From: the human T2T-CHM13v2.0 reference genome, Homo sapiens
DNA length: 64,000 nucleotides
Assembly: GCF_009914755.1 (NCBI RefSeq)
Contig: NC_060947.1
Strand: one strand, 5' to 3'
The notes beneath the pieces are model-generated. The model was not told where the DNA came from, did no database searches, and saw only the letters and a list, made by a program, of their open reading frames with translations. The translations under genes and the position numbers were made by a program. Positions 50,539-64,000 of the stretch are shown in pieces (within the stretch, counting starts at the first letter, position 1; each line of letters opens with the position of its first letter).

Positions 50539-51322
50539 TAAATCTTAATTTTTGAATCAACTTAGTTTCAAATATCTTTCTGACTATCTGTAATATTCCA
50601 ATTAAATGCCATAATAGCTGGTTTTGCTTTAAAATTTGGGGAAGACTAATTAAAAGTTTTGATAAGGAAAATTAAAAATACATTGCAGAGTGATGATGTC
50701 CAAATAAATTGAAAATCAGACTTAAAATTAATAGGCAAGTGCCTCATTAACACCATCAAGCAATTCTGATATTTGAGGAACACAGATGCTAGTTCCAGAA
50801 TCCTCCCCTGCTTCTTTCTTTATCCTTCCAACTTAATTTGTACATGTTGTCAACAGAGAGAGATTTATAGTAAGCAGAGTTTGATGAATAAAATTGTATG
50901 CCTACTAATATCTGTATCTAAGAAATACTTAGCTTATTTTATTTAAATCTATTCAAAATTGAGATAACACTGAAAAGGAGATTACAGTGAAAGATTTGTT
51001 TTTCTGGATATCAGCCTGTCTCTCAAATTTCTAGGGTGGAGAACCGGGGAAGGAGAGGAATGAAACAAGAAAGGAAACAGATCACAAAGGAATTACTGAC
51101 AGGAGAAAGAATAATACATACCTAAGAACAAAACATACAAAACCCAACATTATCAAATTCTCCAGTCTGAAGAAGGAGGAGCCCACATTCACAACTCCTA
51201 TAAACACATTGAATGAGGATCTGACAATGTTATATTTTATTGTTTAGAGTTATACCCATTGATACTGTTCAAAGGCTGGGATTGAAGGATGTGGAAGAAA
51301 TAACTTGTCAAAAATATTTGCT

Positions 51323-51908
<586 letters not shown>

Positions 51909-51989
51909 TTTGCCCAGTGACCAGTATAGTCCTTAAAGCATAATATTCAGCCAACAGCTCCCTGTTCAAACACAATCAGAGTAGGCAAC

Positions 51990-52580
51990 ATGATTCATTT
52001 AAAATACTTACTTAGCATCTACTATATGCCAGGGATGATTCTAAATACTGAGACTAAATAAAATAGGTAAAAATTCCTGCCTGCATAAGATTATATTCTG
52101 GTAGGAAAAGCCAATTGAAACAGGATCAATAAGTAAAGTTATAGAATACAGATATAGATATAAAAAGAGCTATGTCAATAATGTTAAGTACTAAAGAGAA
52201 AACAATAAAGCCAGGAAGGGAAATAGGATGTTTGGGCAGGAGTGGCAGTGGTGGTGGTACGGATATTAATACAAAGGTGACATTAGGTAGTAGCTGAAGG
52301 ACGTGAGGATATTCTGGAGAAAGAGCATTCCGGGAAGAGTAAATGCCAAAATCTTGAGACAGGGGCTTGTCCAGTGTGTTGGATGAATTACAAGCAGGCC
52401 AGTTGGCTGGAGTGATGAGGTCAGACAGGTACTTGAGGGCAGCTCATGCCCAGCCCATTGCAAGGTCTTAGAACTTGACTGTGAGTGGGCTGGAGAGACA
52501 CGGGAAGGTTTGGAGGAGTATCATCATCTGAGTTATGATTTTAACAGGATCACCCTTACTGCTGTGATGAGAACAGAATG
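51990..52580 (-). mobile_element. L2 fragment
   Basis: agcatctactatatgccaggg...ttttaacaggatcaccctt. Confidence 0.6.
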
Positions 52581-52597
52581 AATCAAGAGAGGGCGTT

Positions 52598-52972
52598 TGT
52601 ATTAGTCTGTTCTCATGCTGCTAATAAAGACATACCTGAGACTGGGTAATTTATAAAGGAAAGAGATTTAATTGACTCACAGTTCAGCATGGCTGGGGAG
52701 GCCTCAGAAAACTTACAATCATGTCAGAAGGGGAAGCAAAAACATCCTTCTTCACATGGTGGCAGGAAGGAGAAGTGCCGAGCAAAAGGGGGAAAAGCCC
52801 CTTATAAAACCATCAGAACTCGTGAGAACTCACTCGCTATCACAAAAACAGCATGAGGGTAACCATCCCCATGATTCAATTACCTCCCACCGGGTCCTTC
52901 CCAAGACACGTGGGGATTATGGGAACTACAATTGAAGATGAAATTTGGGTGGGGCACAGCCAAATCATATTG
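52598..52972 (-). mobile_element. THE1 solo LTR
   Basis: tgtattagtctgttctcatgctgctaataaagacatacctgag...agccaaatcatattg; TSD gcgtt/gcgtc. Confidence 0.9.
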
Positions 52973-53132
52973 GCGTCCTTTTAAGGTTAGAGATATAATA
53001 GCTTCTTTGTGGGTACACTGATGGAACAGTCCAGTAGAGAGGGTAAAACTGATGATGCGAAAGAGAGACGGGATATGTAATAACTTATAACTTATCAGCA
53101 ATTTAGCAAAGACAGCTAACCAGTACCTTAGG

Positions 53133-53542
53133 TGACATGGTTTGGATGTTTGTCCCTTCCAAATCTCATGTTGAAATGTAATTTCCAGTGTTGGAGGTGG
53201 GGCCTGGTAGGAGATGATTGGATCATGGGGGTGGATCCCTTATTTACGGTTTAGCTCTATCCCCTTGGTGGTAAGTGAGTTCTCACTCAGTTCATGTGAG
53301 ATCTGGTCATCTAAAAGTGTGTGACACCTCCCCACCACCACTCCTGCTCTTGTCGTATGATGCTGACTCTCCCTTCACCTTCTGCCACAATTGTAAGCTC
53401 CCTGAGGCCCTCACCCAGAGCAGATCTTGGCACCATGTTCCTTGAACAGGCTGCAGAACCATGAGCCAATTAAACCTCTTTTCTTTATAAATTATCCAGC
53501 ATCAGGTATGTCTTTATAGTGACACAAAAACAGCCTAATACA
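53133..53542 (+). mobile_element. MST (MSTB-like) solo LTR
   Basis: tgacatggtttggatg...cagcctaataca; TSD ttagg. Confidence 0.9.
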
Positions 53543-54771
53543 TTAGGCAATCCAAATGTATCTAACATACTATATAATTTACTTATTTATCATATTCGTT
53601 GTTCATTGTCTATCTGCCCCCACTGGAATGCAAGCTCTATGAAGGCAGGGACTTCTGTTTTTTTCATTTGCTTATCTATCCCACGCACAGGCTGTTACCC
53701 AGCACATAGCAGGTGCTCAATAAATTTTTGCTGCACAAACATATTTTATGGGCATAAAGAGAAAAAACAGTCTGTCATATAAGTACAACCACTTAGTTTG
53801 GAGTGTGGAGCAGCACTTGGGGATGATGAAAAGAGATGGTGCCTAAAGAAATACAGAGAGAAATGCCAAGCTAGCCATTGGCAAGCCACCATTCCATGGG
53901 GACACAGAAATACATTGTCTTTTTATCCTTCATGTTTTCTGCTTATTTTTGAAATCCCTTTGTATCCAGAGTAAAATGTAGGGAAGGAGCTTCATCATCT
54001 GTCACGTGTTTACCTGAAGTATATGCTTGATAAATATAGCAGTTTGAAAGGCTGCCTAGATGGAGGGTTCTACACTGTTTTTCACAGAGCTCACCAGGTC
54101 AGTGATTCTGGGGTTAGGCCATGTAAATCTCCTAAAGCATCCCTATTCCTGAAATACACACACTTATCACTGAGAATCACTACAAAAGATGAAATATTTT
54201 GAATATCTTAAAGGATATTTTTAGGGAAGCATTACATATTCACTTGGCCAGACAACAAAAGTCAGTTCTCTCGATGTTTTTATACAATATGCTGAGTATT
54301 CTCTCTGACAGTTACCAAGGCCTAAGGGAAAGTAAAGCTGCTGTGACACAGTGACACTCTTATCCGGAGCATAAAATAAATGTCAGAGTCTCTCCTGTAG
54401 TCTGCAAAACTTAAGAAAGGGCATATTCTCTATAACACAAGCTATAATTTCTAATGCTTAAAAGGTACCTTATTTGAAAATAATACAGATTAAATTGCTA
54501 TTTCAAGGCTGAAACTCACATATTGCTTTGAGCTTAAGTGACCATTGCTCAGAAAATAAACTGGACATTATTGTAAGTGATAAATACACTTATCTCTTTG
54601 TTATAGAGAATAACACTTGCTTTTCCTGTCCTCAAAGAAACGGTTGTCGTCATCGTAACCGAATAAGTTACAGCTGAGTTCATCATCGCATTCACACAAG
54701 CCTGCCATTTTAAACAAGGAAGAATTACTGCAGTAAACAACTTTATAAATAGAATGGATAGAAGCCATATT

Positions 54772-54958
54772 TTCCATTTATTTTATGAACTTATTTTTTT
54801 AGAAATGGGGTATCACTATGTTGCTCAGGTTGGAATGCAGTGGGTATTCACAGGTCTCATCATGCCCCACTGCAGCCTCAAAGTCCTGGCCTCAAGTGAT
54901 CCTCCCACCTCAGCCTCCAGAGTAGCTGGGACTATAGGCACGCACCACCACATCTGGT
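54772..54958 (-). mobile_element. Alu monomer / truncated AluJ
   Basis: TSD tagaagccatat. Confidence 0.82.
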
Positions 54959-55229
54959 TAGAAGCCATATCTTTTAAAAGATTTCTTGATCCTTGAATCT
55001 TAGGGAAAAGGCAATTTTGATATCTCTTGTGACAGAGATGAACTGATCTGATAGGTTACTGGGTTTTTCTTTCTAATTAACATACAATATTATTGACGTT
55101 TTTGTGTGCATACACTTCTGTGAATTTTAACACATTTATACATTCCTGTAACCATGCCACAGTCAGATACAGAACAATTACGTCACTCATTCCCCACCCT
55201 GCCAACTCCCTTAAACTCTATCATTGTCA

Positions 55230-55444
55230 CAGGAGTTGGCAAACTACACCTGAGTCAAATCTGGTCCATAGCCTGTTTTCTTAGGGCCCAGAAGCTAAGA
55301 ATCATTTTAACATTTTTAAAGTGTTGTAAAAAGAACAAAAACAAGAGACAAAAGTAAGGAATATGTGACAGAGACCGTATGTGGCCCGCAAAGCCTAAAC
55401 TATTTACTATCTGGCCCTCTACAGGAAAAGTTTGCTGTCTCCTG
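55230..55444. mobile_element. MER58-like hAT MITE inside an old L1
   Basis: TIRs caggagttggcaaact ... agtttgctgtctcctg. Confidence 0.8.
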
Positions 55445-55573
55445 CTTTAGGATCACACCTTCCCCCAACTACTAATCCTTGGAAATCACTGACCTGTTTT
55501 CTGTCACTGTAGTTTTGTCTTTTCAAACATAGCATATATATTCCATTTATAAATAGAATCATAGAGTAGGTAG

Positions 55574-56472
<899 letters not shown>

Positions 56473-57061
56473 TCCATTTCTATTCTTTTGTTACTTTGAG
56501 AATATTACATAAACGGAATCATATAGTATGTGACATTTTGAGGTTGGCTTTTTTTGACTTAGCATACAGCAGAATACCCTTGAGAACCATCCAAATTGTT
56601 GCATATATTAATAGTTAATTGCTTTTTAACTGCTGAGTTATCTGTGGTATGGATGTACCACAGTATGTTTAGTCAACTATAGAGGAACATTTTGATTGTT
56701 TCAAGGTTTTGGACATTGCAAACAATATTGCTATGACCATCTGTGTACAGGTTTGTATGGACACAAATTTTTATTTCTCTGGGATAAATACCCAGGAGTG
56801 TGATTGCTGGGTTGTATTTTTAGTTTTTGCCCATTTTAAAAATTGGGCTGTTTGTTTTCTTACTGTTTGGTTTTGAGGGTTCTTCGTATACCCTGGACTG
56901 GACATACAAGTTCTTTTTTTAAAAATGGATCATACTTTTGGTGTTGGGTCTAAGAAATCTTTGCCTAACCACTGATGATGATGATTTTCTCCCGTGCTTC
57001 TTCCTAAAAGGTTTACAGTCTTATGTTTTACATTTAGATATGGAATCAATTTCAAGTTAAT

Positions 57062-57696
57062 ACACTGTTGGTGGGACTGTAAACTAGTTCAACCCTTATG
57101 GAAGTCAGTGTGGCGATTCCTCAGGGATCTAGAACTAGAAATACCATTTGACCCAGCCATCCCATTACTGGGTATATACCCAAAGGACTATAAATCATGC
57201 TGCTATAAAGACACATGCACACGTATGTTTATTGCAGCACTATTCACAATAGCAGACTTGGAACCAACCCAAATGTCCAACAATGATAGACTGGATTAAG
57301 AAAATGTGGCACATATACACCATGGAATACTATGCAGCCATAAAAAATGATGAGTTCATGTCCTTTGTAGGGACGTGGATGAAATTGGAAATCATCATTC
57401 TCAGTAAACTATCACAAGAACAAAAAACCAAACACCACATATTCTCACTCATAGGTAGGAATTGAACAATGAGAACACATGGACACAGGAAGGGGAACAT
57501 CACACTCTGGGGACTGTTGTGGGGTGGGGGGAGGGGGGAGGGATAGCTTTAGGAGATATACCTAATGCTAAATGAAGAGTTGATGGGTGCAGCACACCAG
57601 CATGGCACATGTATACATATGTAACTAACCTGCATATTGTGCACATGTACCCTAAAACTTAAAGTATAATAATAATAAAAGAAAAAAAAAGAAAAA
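57062..57696 (+). mobile_element. Young 5'-truncated L1 (L1PA3-like)
   Basis: Near-consensus ORF2 C-terminus and 3' UTR (gctaaatga..caccagcatgg); 14-bp TSD aatttcaagttaat at 57048 and 57697. Confidence 0.92.
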
Positions 57697-57839
57697 AATT
57701 TCAAGTTAATTTTTGGAAAAGAGATGAGGTTTAGGCCCAAGTTGACTTTTTTTGTATATGGATATACAATTATTTTAATACCATTTGTTGAATAGTCTAT
57801 TCTTTCTGCATTGAATTGCCAATGTGGTATTAATATTAA

Positions 57840-58228
57840 TATATCATACAATGGAATGTTATTAGGCGTTAAAGAAGGAATGAAGTACTCATACATGCTA
57901 CAACATGGATGAAACTTGAAAAGATTATGCCAAGTGAAAGAAACCAGTTGCAGAAGATCACATACTGTATTGATTCCATTTATATAAAATGTCCTGAATA
58001 GGCAAATCTATAGAGACAGAAAGTAGATTAGTGATCGCCTAGGGCTTGTGGTTTTGGAGGGTAAATGAGGAGTGACTGCTAATTAGTACAGTTTCTTTCT
58101 GCTGTGATAAAAATGTTCTAAAATTGTGGTGATGGTTGTGAAACTTTTAATATACTAAAAGCCATCAAATTGTACACTTTAAATGGGTGAAATTGTATGG
58201 CATGTTAATTATATTTCAATAAAGCCAT
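57840..58228 (+). mobile_element. L1MB 3' UTR fragment
   Basis: ataggcaaatctatagagacagaaagtagattagtg...tcaataaagc. Confidence 0.75.
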
Positions 58229-58356
58229 TATAAATGTCTGGGGGGGAGGAGGGGAGAGGAAAGGGTCTTGCTCTGCCACTGAGGCTGGAGTGCAGTGGCA
58301 CAATCATGGCTCACTGCAGCCTTGACCTCCTGGGCTCAATCAATCAAAACTTTTTA

Positions 58357-58836
<480 letters not shown>

Positions 58837-59218
58837 TTATGAAGTGTTGAATGAGCTTTGAACATAAAGTTCTTTAAAATGACCCAAGCCTATTACTCAT
58901 ACAGCGCTGGTGGCAGTATACATTGACGTAACATTTATGCAAAGCAATCTGTTAATTTATATCAAAATTAAAAAAAAACAAAAAACAAACCTAAGAGTCT
59001 TTTGTACCATTGAGTGGGGGCAGCAGAAGTCTATGAGATTTTCTTCTCCTTGCCCTAGCATTCATTCACTCCTCTTATTCGATGTGTCTGCTGAACTATC
59101 CCTCTTCTTTGGTCTGAATTTTAACAATTATGCATTTTAAGTGTAAGATGATGATTGTTTTAGACAATTGGGTGATAAAAAGAAACCAGTAAAGTTAACT
59201 TTAAAAGCACCAGGGACC

Positions 59219-59559
<341 letters not shown>

Positions 59560-59639
59560 CTAATATAATGAGTACCTGAACTTGTACTTGCAAATGACTA
59601 AGTACTTGTGAAGCTCTTATTTTGTTGAGATCTTCTCTT

Positions 59640-60050
59640 ACAGTTATGGATGGCCATATGACTAAGTGCTACTTAATGGGATGTAAGCAGAAGTTTTGGG
59701 TGGAGGTTCTGGGAAAGCTCTTTTAAAAGGAGGTTGACTCACCTGGCAAGCGTCCTGTTGCCTCTTCTCTTTTCTCTCTTCCTCTTTCCTTCAGCCTGAA
59801 ATGCAGACATGATGGCTGGAGTTGCAGTGGTCATCTGGCAACCATGAGGCAAACTTTAGAGTGGAAAATGTGTGCTAAGAAGGACAAAGCAGCGAGACAG
59901 AAGGAGCATGGGACTTGGATGACTTCATGGGCTTGACATGCCACTAGTGGATTGCCTACCTCTGCCTGCAAAAGACAGAAAATAATCTCCCAATTTATTT
60001 AAGCCACTCTTTATTTAGTGTCGATTGCTAGCAGCTGAACACAATTCCTA
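59640..60050 (+). mobile_element. MLT1 (J/K-like) LTR remnant
   Basis: gatggctggagttgcagtggtcatctggcaaccatgagg...gcagctgaacacaattcctaa. Confidence 0.6.
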
Positions 60051-60484
60051 AAGCATTCACTAACATCCATGTGGTGGCATCATCTTATCTTCAATACCCT
60101 TCTTCAGATGATGCTAGTGTGAACCTTACATGGAATATTTTGAACCACTGAGTTAGGGCATTGTGTCTCAGTCAATCTCTCCCTCCACTTCCAAACATAG
60201 TGCCTGATAAATAGTAGGTGCTCGGTTAAAATGGATTGACCATTCATGAGCCTGGCTAAGTCTTGAGCCATGCTAACTCTCACACACCAATCTTCAATTT
60301 GGCCAGGCTAGCTAAATCGAAGACTATAGCCATTGTGGTTCCTTGAACACAGTGAACAAACTTTACTTCACTTTGAAGGTAGTAGAGTCCAAAACCATCA
60401 CAAAGGTATTTAATAAAGAGCCAATGAAAACATCAGATTAAGACAACTCAGAAAAGGCGATGATGATAGAGAAGAAATTATTGC

Positions 60485-60840
60485 TGTTAAATTAAGTTTA
60501 GCCTAAAGCTGCCACCTGATATATTTTAAGTTCAGCCTAACGGCATCTCCTCACAGAGTGACCTGTAACCTAACTGGATGTGTAAACAAACTATAACCTA
60601 CTCTGGTGCCAACCACCGAGTTTTGGCTAATCACAGGCAGCAAACTGTTCAAATCGTGTGTGTAACCAATCTGGCTGTTTCTGTACCTCGCTTTCTTTTT
60701 GCTGCCTGTAAATCTTCTTCTTCCACACATTCGGAGCACCGGAGACTCTCTGAACCTATTCTGGCTTCCTGAACTGTGAATAGTTCTTTGATCAATTAAA
60801 CTCTGTTAAACTTAATTTGTCTAAGGTTTTTCTTTTAACA
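60485..60840 (+). mobile_element. MER57-like ERV1 solo LTR
   Basis: tgttaaattaagtttagcctaaagctgcc...ttttcttttaaca. Confidence 0.8.
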
Positions 60841-62291
60841 CCACACACCAAAAAGTAACTATGGAAGGTAATGGACATGTAAATTTGTGTGACTGTAGTC
60901 ATCATTTCACTATATGTATATGTATATCAAAACATGTTGTACATCTTAAATATACACAACAAAAAATAAAAGACGAGATTCCAGACCTGCATTTCTTTTT
61001 CTTTCCTAATCCAGCTCTCTGTGGTATATTTTGTGTCTCTTGTTCATCTCTCCTGTCCTTTAGAGTATAAATGCTCATCTGCTTCAGCATTTGTAAAACT
61101 ATCATTTTAAAATAAAGTGACCTACATAAATAAGTAATTACCATGGATGAATAAATAATAAAGGAAGGAGAAGGGAGTACACACACATGCTCATGAGTCA
61201 CACACATAAAGAACCAGCAGTGGCATTCGGCTGGGTCACCAGGATAGAGGAAAATCACCAGGAAGGAGAGAGGAGTCACGCAGAATATGCCTGGGGAAGA
61301 GGAAGGTTCACATAAATATTAGAGGAAGGAAGCATTACAAACCAGATCGGAAATTTTGTCTCTGACTTTCAAAAATGCATTTTTAAATGCCTGGAGGGGC
61401 TGGCATCTAGCTCTCCTTTCAGACTGTGGGAACTGTGTTATCCCTATGACAGACCTACAGCCAAGGAAAATAAAATGCAGTCAGCCCTTCAGCAAGAAAT
61501 GTCTGGAGACCATGTCTATAAGGAAGAAGACATGAAACAGTTTAAACTATAGAGCAATGAATTTCTCATACATCTTTTCTTGCGACCTAAGATCAGGAGC
61601 TTCTGACCCTAACGTTATGGAAGAGTGTTTAGCTCCTGATTTGAAGAATATGTGGCATATGATAGAATGTTCAGAGACAGCAGGGTCAACTGGCAGGAAT
61701 AAGGCCGTGAGAATTCATAGATTTGGACTTCCTGTCCATATTCTACTTCTAACTTTGCCCATTTCAACTTTGCTTCTTACATTTTTGGCTCAGCATCTTT
61801 TAAGAAACTTTTATTTTTCACGTCATTTTCTTTATCCTACTTCTTTATATTGAAAATTTTTAATCCTGTAGAAAAGTGTAAAACTAGTACAATGAACACC
61901 CACATACCCTTTACCTAGATTTGCCAATTATTCACATTTTGTCAAATTTGTTTTCTCTCTATTTAACTGTATTTCTGTTTTTGTGTAAATGCATACTTTT
62001 TTGTGAAAGATCCGAGAGGCTTAAACATAAGTTTCAGACATCTTGACATTTTACCCATACATACTGAGAAAGACATTCCTCTACATAACTATAATACATT
62101 TATCACACTCAGGAAATTAAACATTGATACTGTACTGTTATAAGCATTCCACATTCCTATTTCTTATAATAATAAGAACAATAATAACTAATAAAACTAA
62201 TAACAATAGTGTCCTTTATATTGTTTTTCTTAAATCCAGATCCAATTAGAAATCATACATTACAGTTAGTTGTTACATCTCTTTCCTTTCT

Positions 62292-62585
62292 TTTTTTTTT
62301 TTTTTTTTTTTTTTTTTGAGACAGAGTCTTGCTCTGTCGCCTAGGCTGGAGTGCAGTGGCACCATCTCGGCTCACTGCAACCTCTGCCTCCTGGGTTCAA
62401 GCAGTTCTCCCAAGTAGCTGGGATTACAGGCGTGTGCCACCACACCTGGCTAATTTTTATATTTTTAGTAGAGATGGGATTTCACCATGTTAGCCAGGCT
62501 GGTCTCAAACTCCTGACCTCAGGTGATCTGCCCGCCTTGGCCTCCCAAAGTGCTGGGATTACAGGGTGAGCCACCACGCCCGGCC
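62292..62585 (-). mobile_element. Alu inside an old L1ME fragment (~61840-63630)
   Basis: Long T-tail; TSD ctctttcct. Confidence 0.9.
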
Positions 62586-63284
62586 CTCTTTCCTGTCTTT
62601 TAAAGGTTATCCCTGAGCTTTTTTTTTTTTTTTTTTTTACCTTTTGTGACATCGACATTTTTGAATAGTCCAGGTCAGCTGTTTTGCATAATGTTCCTGA
62701 ATTTGGTTTGATTATTTCCTAATGAATAGAATCTGTTTTGGGAGGAGAGGGCAGGAATATTTAATGTGTGATCTGTGTCCTTAGTGCATCACATCAGAGG
62801 GCACGTGATGTCAATTTTTCCCATTATTGGTGACATTAAATTTGATCATTTGGTTTAAGTGGTGTCCACCAGACCTCTCCATTATAGAGGTAACTTTCCC
62901 CTTTATAAAATTATAACTAGTGGTACTTTGAGACTGTGACTATATTATTCTCTAACATTTCACTTAACGATTTTACATCTATTGATGATTCTTGCCTGAA
63001 TCAATTATTACAATGGTGATTGCACAATGTTGGTTTTTTAATTCTAACAATCCTGCATTAATTAGTTGGCCTTCTTCTGTAAACAACTTTCCCGTCTCCT
63101 CCTCCCTACCTCTTAATTTTTTAAAGAATAGGGTTGGTTTGAATTCTTTATTTAATGTGTTATGATCTGTTCCAGTCCTTAGTTATTTTAATACTCAAAA
63201 CTGTCCCATATTTAGCAAGTGAGAGTCCTTTTAAGCTGGCTTCTGCCTTCTTTCTGGCATGACTTTATCAGTTTTGTTTTTGTA

Positions 63285-63481
63285 CAGTAAGTCCTCACTT
63301 AAGGCCTTCAATAGATTCTTGAAAACTGTGACTTTAAGTGAAACAAAGTATTAAAAAACCCATATTCCTTCCTTATCAGTGTTATAATGAAACAATGTTA
63401 TTCAAGGACCTGCTGTACACCATTTCACTTGAAGTTGCAGTTTCCAAGAATGTATCAGTGAGGTTAAGTGAGTACTTACTG
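63285..63481. mobile_element. TcMar-Tigger MITE (MER47/Tigger5-like)
   Basis: TIRs cagtaagtcctcacttaa ... ttaagtgagtacttactg, preceded by TA. Confidence 0.8.
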
Positions 63482-63622
63482 CACTTCCATATTTTGTGCC
63501 ACAAGATATTCCAAGTTCCCTTTATACTTTCCCCACTCCAGCCTAGAATCGTCTATTTCTCCAAGAAGCCCTGGTTCTGTATAGTGGGAAATAATTTCTA
63601 CAGACTAAGATCTGGGCACTAG

Positions 63623-64000
<378 letters not shown>

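Overview
Primate (almost certainly human X-chromosome) genomic DNA, dominated by interspersed repeats. The left 23 kb hold the first six coding exons of MED14 (Mediator subunit 14) on the minus strand. All six have GT-AG boundaries and splice in frame, and exon 2 is a 27-nt microexon. A CpG-island promoter at about 22.3-23.4 kb is shared with an opposite-strand two-exon unit that can encode the putative 135-aa MED14OS ORF. The right 40 kb are intergenic and packed with Alu, L1, L2, MaLR/ERV LTRs and MITEs. Two processed pseudogenes lie there tail-to-tail: a DPRX homeobox retrocopy (+) and a CLDN7 retrocopy (-) split by an MST LTR that itself contains an Alu. I see no convincing novel protein-coding system, and most listed ORFs are Alu/L1 artefacts. 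The best leads are hypotheses. (1) A minus-strand THE1 LTR 30 kb upstream of MED14 keeps a perfect DUX4 motif, a TATA box and a splice donor. (2) The DPRX retrocopy carries promoter-like upstream sequence and a re-initiating 140-aa K50E homeodomain ORF. (3) Candidate alternative first exons could give an N-truncated MED14 starting at Met117. Gene and repeat names come from recalled sequences, not database searches, and repeat boundaries are approximate.
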